Source: Hormiphora californensis (Eukaryota > Animalia > Ctenophora). Taken from it: 64,000 nt of DNA. The notes under the pieces are model-generated. The model did not search any database. It was not told the origin of the DNA and was given only the letters and a program-made list of their open reading frames with translations. This document shows, one piece after another, positions 47,901 through 59,229 of the stretch. A program made the translations under genes and the position numbers. The DNA is taken from NCBI GenBank assembly GCA_020137815.1, contig CM035350.1, positions 9,982,001 through 10,046,000 of the forward strand, written 5' to 3'. Each line of letters opens with the position of its first letter. Within the stretch, counting starts at the first letter, position 1.

Positions 47901-50900
47901 GGGATGTAAAGAACAGTTAGCAATCGACAAACTTATCCTTCGTCATTGCAAACGTACAAAGTCTTCTCTGTATATGTCCTACATCGACTATCAGAAGGCA
48001 TATGACTCGATTCCAAACTCCTGGATCCTGAAGTCAATGGAGATGTGCAAGATAAACCCTCAGATAATCCGACTATTCGAATCATCGTTCCAACAGTGTG
48101 TTGTTAATATAGTCCAATCTGGCTCAGCCTTAGGCCAAATACACATCAAGAGAGGCCTCTTCCAAGGAGACGCCGTCTCCCCGATTCACTTTATTATCGG
48201 CCTGATCCCCTTGTCCATGCTCCTAACTAACCAAGGAAGAGGCTACACCATATCTAACCCAGAAGCTCTAGATACCGATATTAGTATTAACCACCGCCTA
48301 TACATGGACGATCTTAAGCTGTATGCCAGCTCAAAAGAGGACCTTCAGCAGCTCTTAGCAGTCACTGAGAAGTTTAGCACTGACATCAACATGTCCTTTG
48401 GTCTGTCCAAGTGCGGAGCTCTAGACATTGTGGACGGAGTCAGAAGTCGGATGCAGGGAATAAGCCTACCAAGTGGAGACAGAATACCCGAGGTGGAAGA
48501 TGGAGGCTATAAATACCTCGGCATCCTGGAGGTTGACCGTATTCTTCATCAAGAAATGAAAGCAAAGGTCAAAGCTGAATACACTCGAAGAGTCAAGAAA
48601 CTACTGTCCTCGAGCCTGCAAGGCAAGAACCTCATCACAGCAATCAACACATGGGCAATACCTGTGATCCGTTACGGTGCCGGAATACTGGACTGGTCCA
48701 CTTCCGAAGCCAGTGGACTAGATATGATGACTAGGAAGATCCTGAGAAGAGGAGTCATCAAGAGCAACAGTGACATTGACCGGCTGTATGTTAGCAGGAA
48801 ACTGGGAGGAAGGGGTCTCCAGCGGATTGAAGATGTCATTGTGAAGGAAGAGACAGGACTTGTGACATTCTTCACCAAGTCCACGGACCCCAAGATCTGT
48901 GCCCTCCACACGGCGATGCAGACTGAGAATATGCTCACTGGACCTCCAGAAGACGCAGAAGCCCTGAAGGAAAGATTACAGGCGGAACTTGTAGAGAAAT
49001 GGAAGAGCAAAGTGCTACATGGAAGATTCCTGAAGCAACTGGAAGAAGGGGGATGCGACCCTGATTCGACCTGGGCCTGGCTCAACAAAGAGAGCCTCAG
49101 CAGATATACCGAAGCCGATGTATTTGCTGCCCAGGATCAAGCCATTCGCACGAACTGGATAAAAGCTGCCATAGAGAAAGAGCAAGGAGTGACTGAGAAG
49201 TGCCGTATCTGTAACGAACACAACGAGTCGGTGGAACACATCCTAAACGGATGCACGAAACTCGCCAACGGAGACTATAAGCACAGACACGATCGAGTAG
49301 CTGCCGCCCTACACTGGGGAATGTGCAAAGACTACGGATTTCCTTCTGAATCAAAGTGGTGGAGCCACTATGCAGAGAAAGTGCTCGAGAATGAGAACTG
49401 CAAGATCCTCTGGGATTTCCACATACAGACGGACAACCCCATCCAGGCATGTAAACCTGACTTGGTCCTTCTAGACAAACTAAAGAAGGAAGCGCTACTG
49501 ATCGACGTCGCTGTACCAAAAGACAGGTCAGTCTCGGACAGGGAGATGGAGAAGATCGAGAAGTACCAAGATCTTCGGAGGGAGCTCACACGAATTTGGG
49601 AACTTAAAAAGGCCACGGTCATCCCTATCGTGATCGGAGCCCTTGGCGGAGTCAGCCCCCGACTGGAGAAGTACCTGACTGCCATAACCCGCCAAATTTA
49701 TCCCTCCCAGCTCCAAAAGTCAGTCCTCTTCAACTCGATGAACACGCTCCGGAAAGTTCTCGACATGTAATACACCTCCTGAGCTGTCTCCCACTGTATT
49801 TGGATTTATTTTAATTATATTTATACCTTTCTACCCGTTCCTGCTTGCCACTAGGTTCCCCTAGATTCAGACGATTTGCTGCTTCTGTTCCTGATAAGTT
49901 GACCCTTCTTAGACTCCGTTCCAGATGGTTGGGCTTCTTTCCAGATAGTTTAGGAGGTCTTGTGCTCCGTCACTTGACTTACTTGACTTGACTTAGGGCG
50001 GATTCCACGAGTGGTATTTCCGAACTCCATGAATAACACTTCTCCACCCGACACGATCAGTCATAACAGTAGCCAATTCGGAGGTTTCCCTGAGTCCCGT
50101 GTCCCGCCTGAGTACATCCACAAAGGTCTGCTTTGGTCGCCCTCGCCTGGAATTTCCGTGGAGAGGCTCCCAGAGTATGACCTTGTTGAGCGTAAGTTCA
50201 GGGTGACGCACAGCGTGACCGGCTAGTCGGAGTCTCCTTTCCGCTATTTTGGTGCTAAGGATAGGTAGATTTCCGATACCATACAACGTGGCATTGCTCA
50301 TTTTAAGGAGGTACTGGTTTTTATTTAGTGCCATCCGTAGCATCCTCGTGTAGGTACCGTCAAGACTCCTTTCCATGTCCTTGGTGAGCGTCCAGCTTTC
50401 GCACCCATACAACAGAACTGTTTCAACCGTTGCTACAAAAAGTCTGGCCTTGATCTTATCGTTTAGTTTCGAATTCCAAACAGTCCTAAGCCCGTGACAC
50501 GCGTTCCATGCTTTCGCCTTCCTAACCTTAATGTCCCTCTTAGAGTCCCTTACCCACGATCCGAGATATTTGAAGTCCTCACTCAACTTTATCTTAGTGC
50601 CATCGATACTGTGGAGAGGACCGGGGTCTGGTATACCCTCAACCATGAACTCTGTTTTCGCCCGGTTTATCTCGAGACCCACCTCCTTACAGACACTCTC
50701 TACCTCCCGCATGATAACGCCAAGATCCTCCACTGAGTCTGCTAGGAGAGCTACATCATCAGCAAAGTCTGTGTCAGTAACCCTCTCCGCTCGTACTCTT
50801 CTACTCCGGGCTGGTTTCAGTGTGAATCCGATATCAGGGTGCCTCTCCAGTGCTGTTCGCATACAGTAATCGAGCACAATAATAAACAGGTAGGGCGCTA

Positions 50901-53777
50901 GAGTATCCCCTTGCAACACCCCGGCGACTATTTCAAATATATCCGTGAGGCCGTCTGGGGTGAGGACCTGAGCTCTTGTATTACTGTACATCCACTGGAT
51001 GAGGTCGACAATCTTCCCTGGGATGCCATAAGCCCTGAGAACTTTGATCATGCGCTTCCGGTTAATGGAGTCGAAGGCCTTAACGAAATCCAAAAAGGCT
51101 ACTGCCAGTGGTAGTTGTTTGGCAGTAGCTCCTTCGATGAGTCTCCTAAGCGTGAGGATGTGGCTGACTGTGGACCGTTCCTCTCTAAAACCGTTCTGGG
51201 AATCGAGTAACACAGTCTCGATGTAAGGCCGTATCCGGTGAAGTAGCATACGGTTCAGGGTTTTCGCAACTATAGAGGTAAGTGAGATGCCTCTATAGTT
51301 TCCGGGTTGAGAGAGGTCGCCCTTTTTCGGCACAGGGACAATATTACTCAGAGTCCACTGTTCCGGAATTCCCTTTCCGCACAAGGCATCGTTGCAAAAG
51401 GTCAGCACGAGGTCATCAATGTCGCATCGCTTCAAAATCTCGGGTGCGATGGCATCATTTCCGTAGGCCTTATCCTCCTTTATCCGATCCTTCGCCTTCT
51501 TAAATTCCTCTTCAGTAAAGGGACCATCGTAGATATCTGCTCGGGGAAGCACTTCCGGGATGTCTTGATCTACTTCATCCGGAGGTTCTGTCCCGAGGAG
51601 CAACTGGAAGTGGCTGAACCATTTGGCTTTCCGATCGTCTGGGGACGTTCCTTCAATTTGGATGGGGTGTTTGTCCTTCCTCCCAGAGATTTCGTTTACT
51701 AGCCTCCATGATTCCTTCGTCTTCGCGTTCCGAGTGGCTCTCTCTACACTCTTGATTTTCCTATCGAGATGCTCTTCCTCGACGGCTAGGTACGCTTCAG
51801 TGAGTGCCTCTTTGCCTTCTTTCACAGTGGAACGTGTTTCTTCTGAAGGTGAGGTAGCCTTCCGTCCAGTACCGTCCGAGAGAAAAGTCCAGAGTCTTCC
51901 CTTGTTCTTCCGGAACCTAACGTTGGCTACTTCCAATCTGGTCTCCTCAACTGTCTCCTGGAGCAGCTCTCCATTTCTACTGGTATGTTGATGGAAATAC
52001 CACCCGAAGCCAGAGTCCTCCCAGCCAATTCTGGCGTTGAAATCTCCGGCAACGACAAGGAGGTTATGAGCTGGAACAGTATTGATGTAGTCCCTGAGAT
52101 CGTGGTGAAATTTTTCAACTTCCTCTACATTCGCACACTCAGTGGGCGAGTAAACCGAGATGACTGTCAGTTTCGGATTACCGACCAAGGTAATGGCTAG
52201 AATTCTATGGGACACAGCTCGTATCTCGCAAATGAGCTTCGAGTACTCAGTTCTCATCAGAACTCCAACCCCTCCAACCGATGCCCCTGCGCCATTGCGC
52301 CAGGCTGTAGATGTGATAAGAGTTTCTCCTGGCCCAGCCTGAATCTGCCTGACTGTGTCTGCGTGGACAATGCGGTGTTCCTGCAAAGTGATTATGCCCA
52401 AGCCATTGTCAGCAAATTGGTAAACCAGCTCTTTTAACTTTTCCTTAACACGGAGCGTTCGACAGTTAAATGTTCCAATGCGTGTATTAAGTCGAGTCAT
52501 AGCTATTCATATTGTTTTTCTTGGTTGCAGTATCCCAGGTGGGTCACCACTTCACCTGGCTGAGTCACTTTCAGTTCATCAAAACAGCATGTATGGCTGA
52601 GCTGGATAGACTGTTGGTGAGCAGTTGTCTAAGCAGAGGTCTGGTCCACAAAGACAATATAATGTCAGTGTGGGGACTCCCTATGCTATTGCACTGTTTA
52701 GCCCACGCGGGCAATGGCCGCTTACGCAGCCTGCGTGGTTACCACTCCTAGGTCATCGGGTGCCAAACCGACCGGGACCTAAGTGCATCCCCCTACTGGT
52801 GAGTCTTTTAAATAACAGAGACAGTAGAGAGCAGGAGCTCCGTCACCATGAGCTTTAATTCCCCTGTATTTATTTTCTCTTACTTTAACCCATATGTACA
52901 TTGTTCAACCTACCCTTATGTACATTGTTCTACCTACCTTTACTCCGCAGGCCCTCCGGGCCCTCAGATCCAACAGGATCCGGGCTCGGGGGATTTAACC
53001 CTGTTTCCACATGGGACCTTACGGCCCCATGTGGGAGTGGTGCGTGTTGTGGACCGAGAGAGAGAGAGAGAGAGAGAGAGAAAAGAGAGGGAGAGAAAAA
53101 AGAGAGGATGATTGTTTCTGTTGACTGTTGAAAACACAGACAAACGTACACTACATATATACCCCACAATCCCGAACATTATTCTCTCTGTGTATCCCAT
53201 TATTCTCTCTGTGTATTTCTCTAAGATACAATATCTACATTCTGGTAATGAGAGAGATGGCAATGCTCGGATAGAGAGAGATAGAGATGGCAATGAGAGA
53301 GATAGAGATGGCAATGCTCGGATAGTAGGAATGTCCAATATTGAGGGAGTTTTCTGTAATCCTCCCTCTCTATCTCTATTATAATACCTGCTTTATATAG
53401 TCTCTAAAGCCCCCTCTCCCCTTTCAATAGTATCAATGTTTTGGTTACGTCACCCAAGCCCCCCCCCCCCAAGTCCCAACCCACAAATCACATTATAATC
53501 GAATAATAGCATGGCCAGGGGTGTATGATTTATGAGTCATTATCCATCATTATGAATCGCTATTATTATCATAATAATGAGGCCCAATATATAATAATGT
53601 CCCTCTGAGAGGGAGAGAGGTATAAAAAAGAGAGATAAAAGATAGAGAGAGAGATGAAAGATAGAAAGAGAGAAAAAGAGAACGAGTATTGTGCTAGTAG
53701 CCTTGAAGGAAGTACGGACAAGAAGAGCAAGCCGTAGTTATAAAGAGAGAGAGCGGGAGAGAGCTGAGAGAGAGAGA

Positions 53778-53862
<85 letters not shown>

Positions 53863-54855
53863 GTGAGTGAGAGAGAGCGGGAGAGAGAGAGAGAGAGAGA
53901 GAGAGCGGGAGAGATAAGAGAGAGAGAGAAAGGCTTACACAAAGCCTGGTTGTTACACATCACACATATGTGAATGTAAGCCATGGTCTTGGCAACCCTC
54001 CTGTAATCCTGTATGCTGCTATACCACCGATGGTAGTTGAATCATTATGAAGCTAATAAACAGTTATCCGATCACCCAACTGTCTTGAATCATGCAGTTA
54101 GGGAAGTCTAATATAATATGTGTGTGTCTCTCCCATATATGTGTGTGTGTCGTGTGTGATGGTATAATGTCGGCCAGTGTGTACTGTGTTATACGCAGCA
54201 GTGTACTGCCGACATGTACGCAGCACCTGAGTGTCACGTACCAGGAAACATGGCAGGGACATATTATATACATGATATAATACAGCGGGGACATAGTGAC
54301 AGGAAGGGGGGTTATTAGGATAATTATTACAAAGGATAATGTTTATTAATAGGCTCTAATGCGTCACATGTTGAACGTCATGTGACACCAGGTGGCTAAT
54401 GGCTCTCTCCATGGGATGTCGTGTAACAATAATGGGTAATAGTGGCTAATGGTGTGAAGTGTACCAAAGTAATGGTTGAAATTGGAATGTGATTATCAGG
54501 GGGAATCACGTACAAGTGTATTGTGCAGTGGTATTGTACTGCAGTACTAGGTACTACCAGCTCTGCACTGTACTGATACTATCACTACTGCTGCACTACT
54601 GTTACTATCACTGGGCTTCCTGTCTCAATAAAAGTGAGCGAGACTGACTCGAAGTAGTATGGTGAATGTTTTTGTGTTAGTACACTGTACAGGGTGTGTA
54701 TTATATTGTTGACATGACAACGAGAGAGTGTGTGTAGGTTTACTGTTATTGACAACACGTACTGTACTATCCACGCCCAGGTGATGTAATAAGTGTACAT
54801 AAACATCCTAAACAGATTTCCGGGTCTAGTCAGCACCACATTGTATCTCTATCTA

Positions 54856-54926
<71 letters not shown>

Positions 54927-57669
54927 TCTCTATCTTCCTTTATCTCTCTCGATCTCTATCTCTATCTATCTCTATCTATCTCTATCTCTTTCTCTCTAAA
55001 CGCAATAAACCACACTCCTGCTTTCCAGTTACTACCAATTAACCCAGGAAGAAGAAGAATCCTTACAATACTGAACAAAACCCAGTACTTAGTAAAACCC
55101 AGTACTGTAAGGAGGTTTCCGGTTTTGCTTTCAGATTGTACTAAGTACTGAGTTTTGTTCAGTTACTTAGTACAATCAGAAAGCCAAACCGGAAAACCAT
55201 TATGTTTATTCAACCCCTCCTTTCCCCGCAGTTTCAACCCCATTACTAACCCCATCATCCCTCAGGTGTTCCTGGTCTTGTCAGTAGCAGTACATGGGTC
55301 GGGGTACAGCTGGAACAAAATGATGACAGTCTCGTCTCCGTTAAAGTCGGGTGAGTTACTTAGCATTAGCTGTTAGTAGACAATGCTTGTATTATCATAT
55401 TTGGGAATATATCGAAGATTTATAACTATCCAGTTATTGAATATAATAACTGTCTTGGTGCAGCAGTCAATTTGGATTCTCTCTGCATCCCATTTATCCC
55501 TATCATGGGCATCCACTGCAGCAGTAGATTGAGGCAGAGACTGGCTTGTTGAGCTCGTGCCTCAATGAATTAATATATCAGAGAGACTGGCTTGTTGTGC
55601 TCGTGCCTCAATGATTAATATATTAGCTGTATATTGAGTAGAGAGAACAAGAGAGAGGGGGATAGATAGAGAACAGAGAGAGAGATAGAGAGAGGGGAGG
55701 GATATAATTCATTATTCAATAATATTATAACTAGACACACACCCATGGTTTGGTGAGGGGATTCATTTATCAATATTTACGTGTTTATTATATGAGCAAG
55801 AGAGAGGTAGAGAAGGATAAAGAGAGAATGATACTGATTAAGAAAGAAAGAAGATAGCTCTGTAATCTTGCTGCTTGCTAATGATAAGTTGTTCACTGTT
55901 TTTGACACCGACAGAAATAGATCAGAGCAGCTAAAATCAAGAAGAATGGGAGAGAGACATAGATAGAAAGAGAGGCAGAAATGCAGAATGGGAGAGGCAG
56001 AGACAGAAAGAATGATAGAAAGAGAGGGAGATAGAGAGTGAGAGAAATGGAGATAGAGAGTTAGAAAGAGATGGAGATAGCTGATAGAGAGTGAGAGAAA
56101 TGGAGATAGAGAGTCTTCTGGGAACATTGATTGTAGGGAACATTCCAGACGTTCATTCTGGCAAAAAGCCAGGCTAATGCCCTGCTATTTACAGTCCTGC
56201 ACTATCTCTCCTGAACCCTCCCTAACCTCCTTCCCATTTCAGTTCAAAGTCATCTCACGTGGTCCATTTCTCTGTAAAGGCTGGTGACATTATTACTTGG
56301 GAATTTGCCACTTTGAAACGGGACATTGGATTCGGTGAGTTGGCCAATATCCAAGAGGCTAAGAATATATTAATATTCGGTTATTTTAGAATATAGGCTA
56401 CTGAGAGGCCTCCTCCTCTCACAGCGTCCCTGTCTCTGATTCCCCGGGCAACTACTTAACCGCGGTTGAGGTAGCGCGCGGTGTGATATTTGTACTGGTC
56501 GCTACCTGAGAAAGGGGAGATGTCAGCACTTTCCGTACATGCGCGCAGCCCACTGTAAACAAACACCGGGCGGCGATTTTCAGAGCGATCTGACCGACTG
56601 CAATCATTAAAACATGTGTGTTGACCAATGACCACTAATATACCATTTCTCAGGAATACTGTTTGAGTGTTCTGTGGTCGAAGAGAGGAAGATGGAGGAT
56701 GGAGAAGTGAGCGATGTGGTAAGTCTGACGTCAGAGATAGATAACGGCAATTGCCACACTCACCTTGTGCCTTGTTATCTAATATCTTATATCATATCTC
56801 TTTTCCCCTCTGAATCTTGACTTACTGAAGTGTTAACCCTGTCTTCCTATTTCCAGGACTCAATAACATCTGGCTATGGAGTTATCCCCATTCTGCCAAT
56901 ATTCAAAGTCAAGTGTGATATCTCTCCAATCTTTGGGAGTCACGAAGCTGTAACTGATGGGGTTTACGTGATGACTTGGGACAACTCTTACTCCCGGTAA
57001 GAAGGGGGGAATACCTTCTAGATTATAGGATGAATTTAGCGGAAATACCTTCTAGATTATAGAATGAATTTAGTGGAAAATACCTTCTAGATTATAGGAT
57101 GAATTTAGTGGAAAATACCTTCTAGATTTGAGGATGAATTTAGTGGAAATACCTTCTAGATTTTAGGATGAATTAGCATTGGTGTCCTTTAAGGGGACCC
57201 CCCGACTCCGTTCTGTTGAAAATCTCTCCATATTTAGGATAACAATTCCCTCAACCCACCCGGCACCCACATATTCATATTCCTAACTCTCCCTCTCTAC
57301 ATATTCATATTCCTAACTCTTCTCTCCCTCTCTCTCAGGTTCTTCGCCAAGGATCTCTACTACAGGATCAGTACCCAGACCGAGATCTCCTCCAGAGACT
57401 TCCATAGTAGCATGTTGTGTTATCCCGCTCTGAGAGACCTGGAGGAGGAGGAGGAGGAGGGAGGTGCAATCCAGGGATGCCTGATTGGAAGTGGTAGTGC
57501 CAGTCCCAGAACGAGTAGTGAGAGCAGTGATTGCAATGAGCTGACCATCTGTGAGGAACACCACTCCAACAATAACAACAATAACATTGTAGTTATAAAG
57601 CAGAACAACCAAAATGAAACCAAGACTGTTTACTTTGATGCCTCCCAGTGTAGTATCCAGACGCTATAA
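40170..57669 (+). CDS. GOLD-domain protein (TMED8/ACBD3/SEC14L-type GOLD) with Ser/acidic flanks; exons near 40170, 40890, 41708, 44020, 55266, 56242, 56654, 56857, 57339
   Basis: ITWEFATLKRDIGFGILFE...PILPIFKVKCDISPIFGSH....GVYVMTWDNSYSRFFAKDLYYRI; linkage of the 5' exons inferred from splice phases. Confidence 0.75.
43841..43925. mobile_element. Second copy of the tiny TTGGTAACG MITE, 9-bp TSD CAGAAACCC
   Basis: Same internal sequence as 4831-4925 with a different TSD. Confidence 0.85.
45300..45862 (+). repeat. About 24-bp tandem array (GAGAGGATAGTTTACCCCGTTCCT) with higher-order structure in the R4 5' UTR
   Basis: More than 20 related units; a poly-C variant recurs three times. Confidence 0.85.
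46113..49770 (+). CDS. R4/Dong ORF: two Myb-like repeats, RT, CCHC finger, PD-(D/E)xK endonuclease; one +1 frameshift near 46297
   Basis: RKVWSKQEN and RTKWTTEMN repeats; FRPITCLP, IDYQKAYDS, RGLFQGD, YMDDLKL; CRIC..HILNGC, RHD, KPDLV, IDVAVP, EKIEKY. Confidence 0.92.
49974..52836 (-). mobile_element. RTE-clade LINE with 10-bp TSD GCTCCGTCAC and (AAGTC)n tail
   Basis: TSD at 49964-49973 and 52837-52846; the tail abuts the stop codon. Confidence 0.92.
49993..52500 (-). CDS. RTE ORF (APE plus RT) with an in-frame internal deletion removing the APE C-terminus
   Basis: GTFNCRTL, LQEHR, YSPT, GDFNAR; NYRGISL, GVLQGDTLAPYLF, DFADD, LLYGCESW, RRLRLAGH; no IDY or SDH motif. Confidence 0.88.
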   Translation of the reverse strand: MTRLNTRIGTFNCRTLRVKEKLKELVYQFADNGLGIITLQEHRIVHADTVRQIQAGPGETLITSTAWRNGAGASVGGVGVLMRTEYSKLICEIRAVSHRILAITLVGNPKLTVISVYSPTECANVEEVEKFHHDLRDYINTVPAHNLLVVAGDFNARIGWEDSGFGWYFHQHTSRNGELLQETVEETRLEVANVRFRKNKGRLWTFLSDGTGRKATSPSEETRSTVKEGKEALTEAYLAVEEEHLDRKIKSVERATRNAKTKESWRLVNEISGRKDKHPIQIEGTSPDDRKAKWFSHFQLLLGTEPPDEVDQDIPEVLPRADIYDGPFTEEEFKKAKDRIKEDKAYGNDAIAPEILKRCDIDDLVLTFCNDALCGKGIPEQWTLSNIVPVPKKGDLSQPGNYRGISLTSIVAKTLNRMLLHRIRPYIETVLLDSQNGFREERSTVSHILTLRRLIEGATAKQLPLAVAFLDFVKAFDSINRKRMIKVLRAYGIPGKIVDLIQWMYSNTRAQVLTPDGLTDIFEIVAGVLQGDTLAPYLFIIVLDYCMRTALERHPDIGFTLKPARSRRVRAERVTDTDFADDVALLADSVEDLGVIMREVESVCKEVGLEINRAKTEFMVEGIPDPGPLHSIDGTKIKLSEDFKYLGSWVRDSKRDIKVRKAKAWNACHGLRTVWNSKLNDKIKARLFVATVETVLLYGCESWTLTKDMERSLDGTYTRMLRMALNKNQYLLKMSNATLYGIGNLPILSTKIAERRLRLAGHAVRHPELTLNKVILWEPLHGNSRRGRPKQTFVDVLRRDTGLRETSELATVMTDRVGWRSVIHGVRKYHSWNPP
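57005..57175. repeat. About 32-33-bp tandem repeat x5 directly after a GOLD-gene donor site
   Basis: GGAAATACCTTCTAGATTATAGGATGAATTTAG units. Confidence 0.88.
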
Positions 57670-59018
57670 ACTCAGAGAGTATTACATTTGAGTTGTGTTA
57701 CTATGGTAACCAGCTAAAAACTCAATTGAAAAATACTGGGTTACCATGGTAACATATGAAACTCTAAAGAAGGGACTAATGTGTGTGCAGCATGATGCGA
57801 GTGTGTGTGTAAAACGAGAGAGACATGTGTTTGTTTGTGTGTGGAGATTTTGCCTTCGTTCCTCGCAGTTCGAGGTATTAGTTGTATTTTGTGATCTGTT
57901 CTTACTTCTTCTTCTGCCGGCGGTTTGTGCAGTGTTGAATCTAGTGTGTTTTTGTATTTCAAGAGAGATTTGAAGGCCCATCCTCTGAGAGAGGTCTTGA
58001 GATGCTATGTTAACAGCGGAGAATCTTCGCTATGAGTTCTTTATCTGCAGTAATCTTGTGACCCCCCTCCTCTCCCTAGAGGGGGGGTCCAGCAGCTCCA
58101 CCCTCTTCCTGGGAGGGTCCAGCAGCTCCTCATGAAGAGGGGGGTCCAGCAGCAAGAGAGAGCTTTACTTTTGTCAATGATACGCTATTTTTCCAATCTC
58201 TTTCTCTAATATTAAATTTCTGTGTTTTACTTTTAAAAAGACTTTATAATACCGACCCTCGGGATTTAAATAAACCTCATTGTTTAGCAAGACCACGTGT
58301 TTAGCAACTCCACGTGCTCTATATTTCTCACAGTCTACTATAATAATCAACAAACTCCATTCTTATATTGACCAAGAACCACTGAATGAATAGTTTACCA
58401 TCATTGCAGTTGCTCACACAACAATTCCAACAATTCCCCTCCTGGCTCCTCACCAAATAACCCTCCATCGACTTCTTTTAGCACCATGTCAATCACACAC
58501 ATCTCGGAAACACACCCAAACAACCTCGCACCTGTGAACACGATGTGCCACAGAGAGAGGGGGTCTACATCCCCCGGCCACTTCCGGTAGAGCTGCTGCT
58601 CTAATTCACACCAGCAGTTCACGTGGGGTTCACGTCAATTTCAGAGAAATGTGTGACGTTAGTGGAAAACCAGGGGTGTGTGACGCTTACTCCCTTATCT
58701 GTTCCCCCCACCCCCATGTCACCACCACCCCTGCAGTGTTCCTCAATCAATCAATCAATCATAACACCGCTCGGTGGCGGGGTGCCACTTTATTACTGGG
58801 CAAAATAATAATATTTAATAATGTATATATAAAAATATAAAATATATAAAAATATAAAATACGTTTGTGAACACGGCAACTTTGAGGTGGGGTGGAGATC
58901 ACATTTCATTGGCTTGCTGTCTGGTTTGTTTGTGGAGATAAGGAGAGATGAGGCACAAGAGGGGGAGACAAGTTAGGGAGAGATGAGAGAAGCACTTTGA
59001 GAGAGAAAGGGGGGAGAG

Positions 59019-59095
<77 letters not shown>

Positions 59096-59229
59096 GAGAA
59101 ATAGGTAGGGAGAGAAATAGGTAGGGAGAGACAGGTAGATACAGGGAGAGAGATTATAAAGGGATAGGGCCGAAGGATAGGAGATGTTGGCAGTGAAAGT
59201 AGTAGAGATAGTCAAGATAGCTGAGATGG

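Larger units (their letters stand above)
44923..53055 (+). mobile_element. R4/Dong-clade RLE non-LTR retrotransposon inserted in a (GA)n tract, carrying a nested RTE
   Basis: Single RT-CCHC-RLE ORF; (GA)n directly abuts both ends; the 3' UTR resumes after the RTE TSD. Confidence 0.8.

Noticed and set aside
52510-52836. HDV-like ribozyme in the RTE (or R4) 5' UTR
   Set aside because: Hairpins are present, but I could not assign the nested double pseudoknot by eye; needs a motif search
58401-58622. Possible terminal exon of a minus-strand gene whose intron holds the right-edge LINE
   Set aside because: A plausible acceptor near 58530 but no recognisable protein motif; cannot be supported without cDNA
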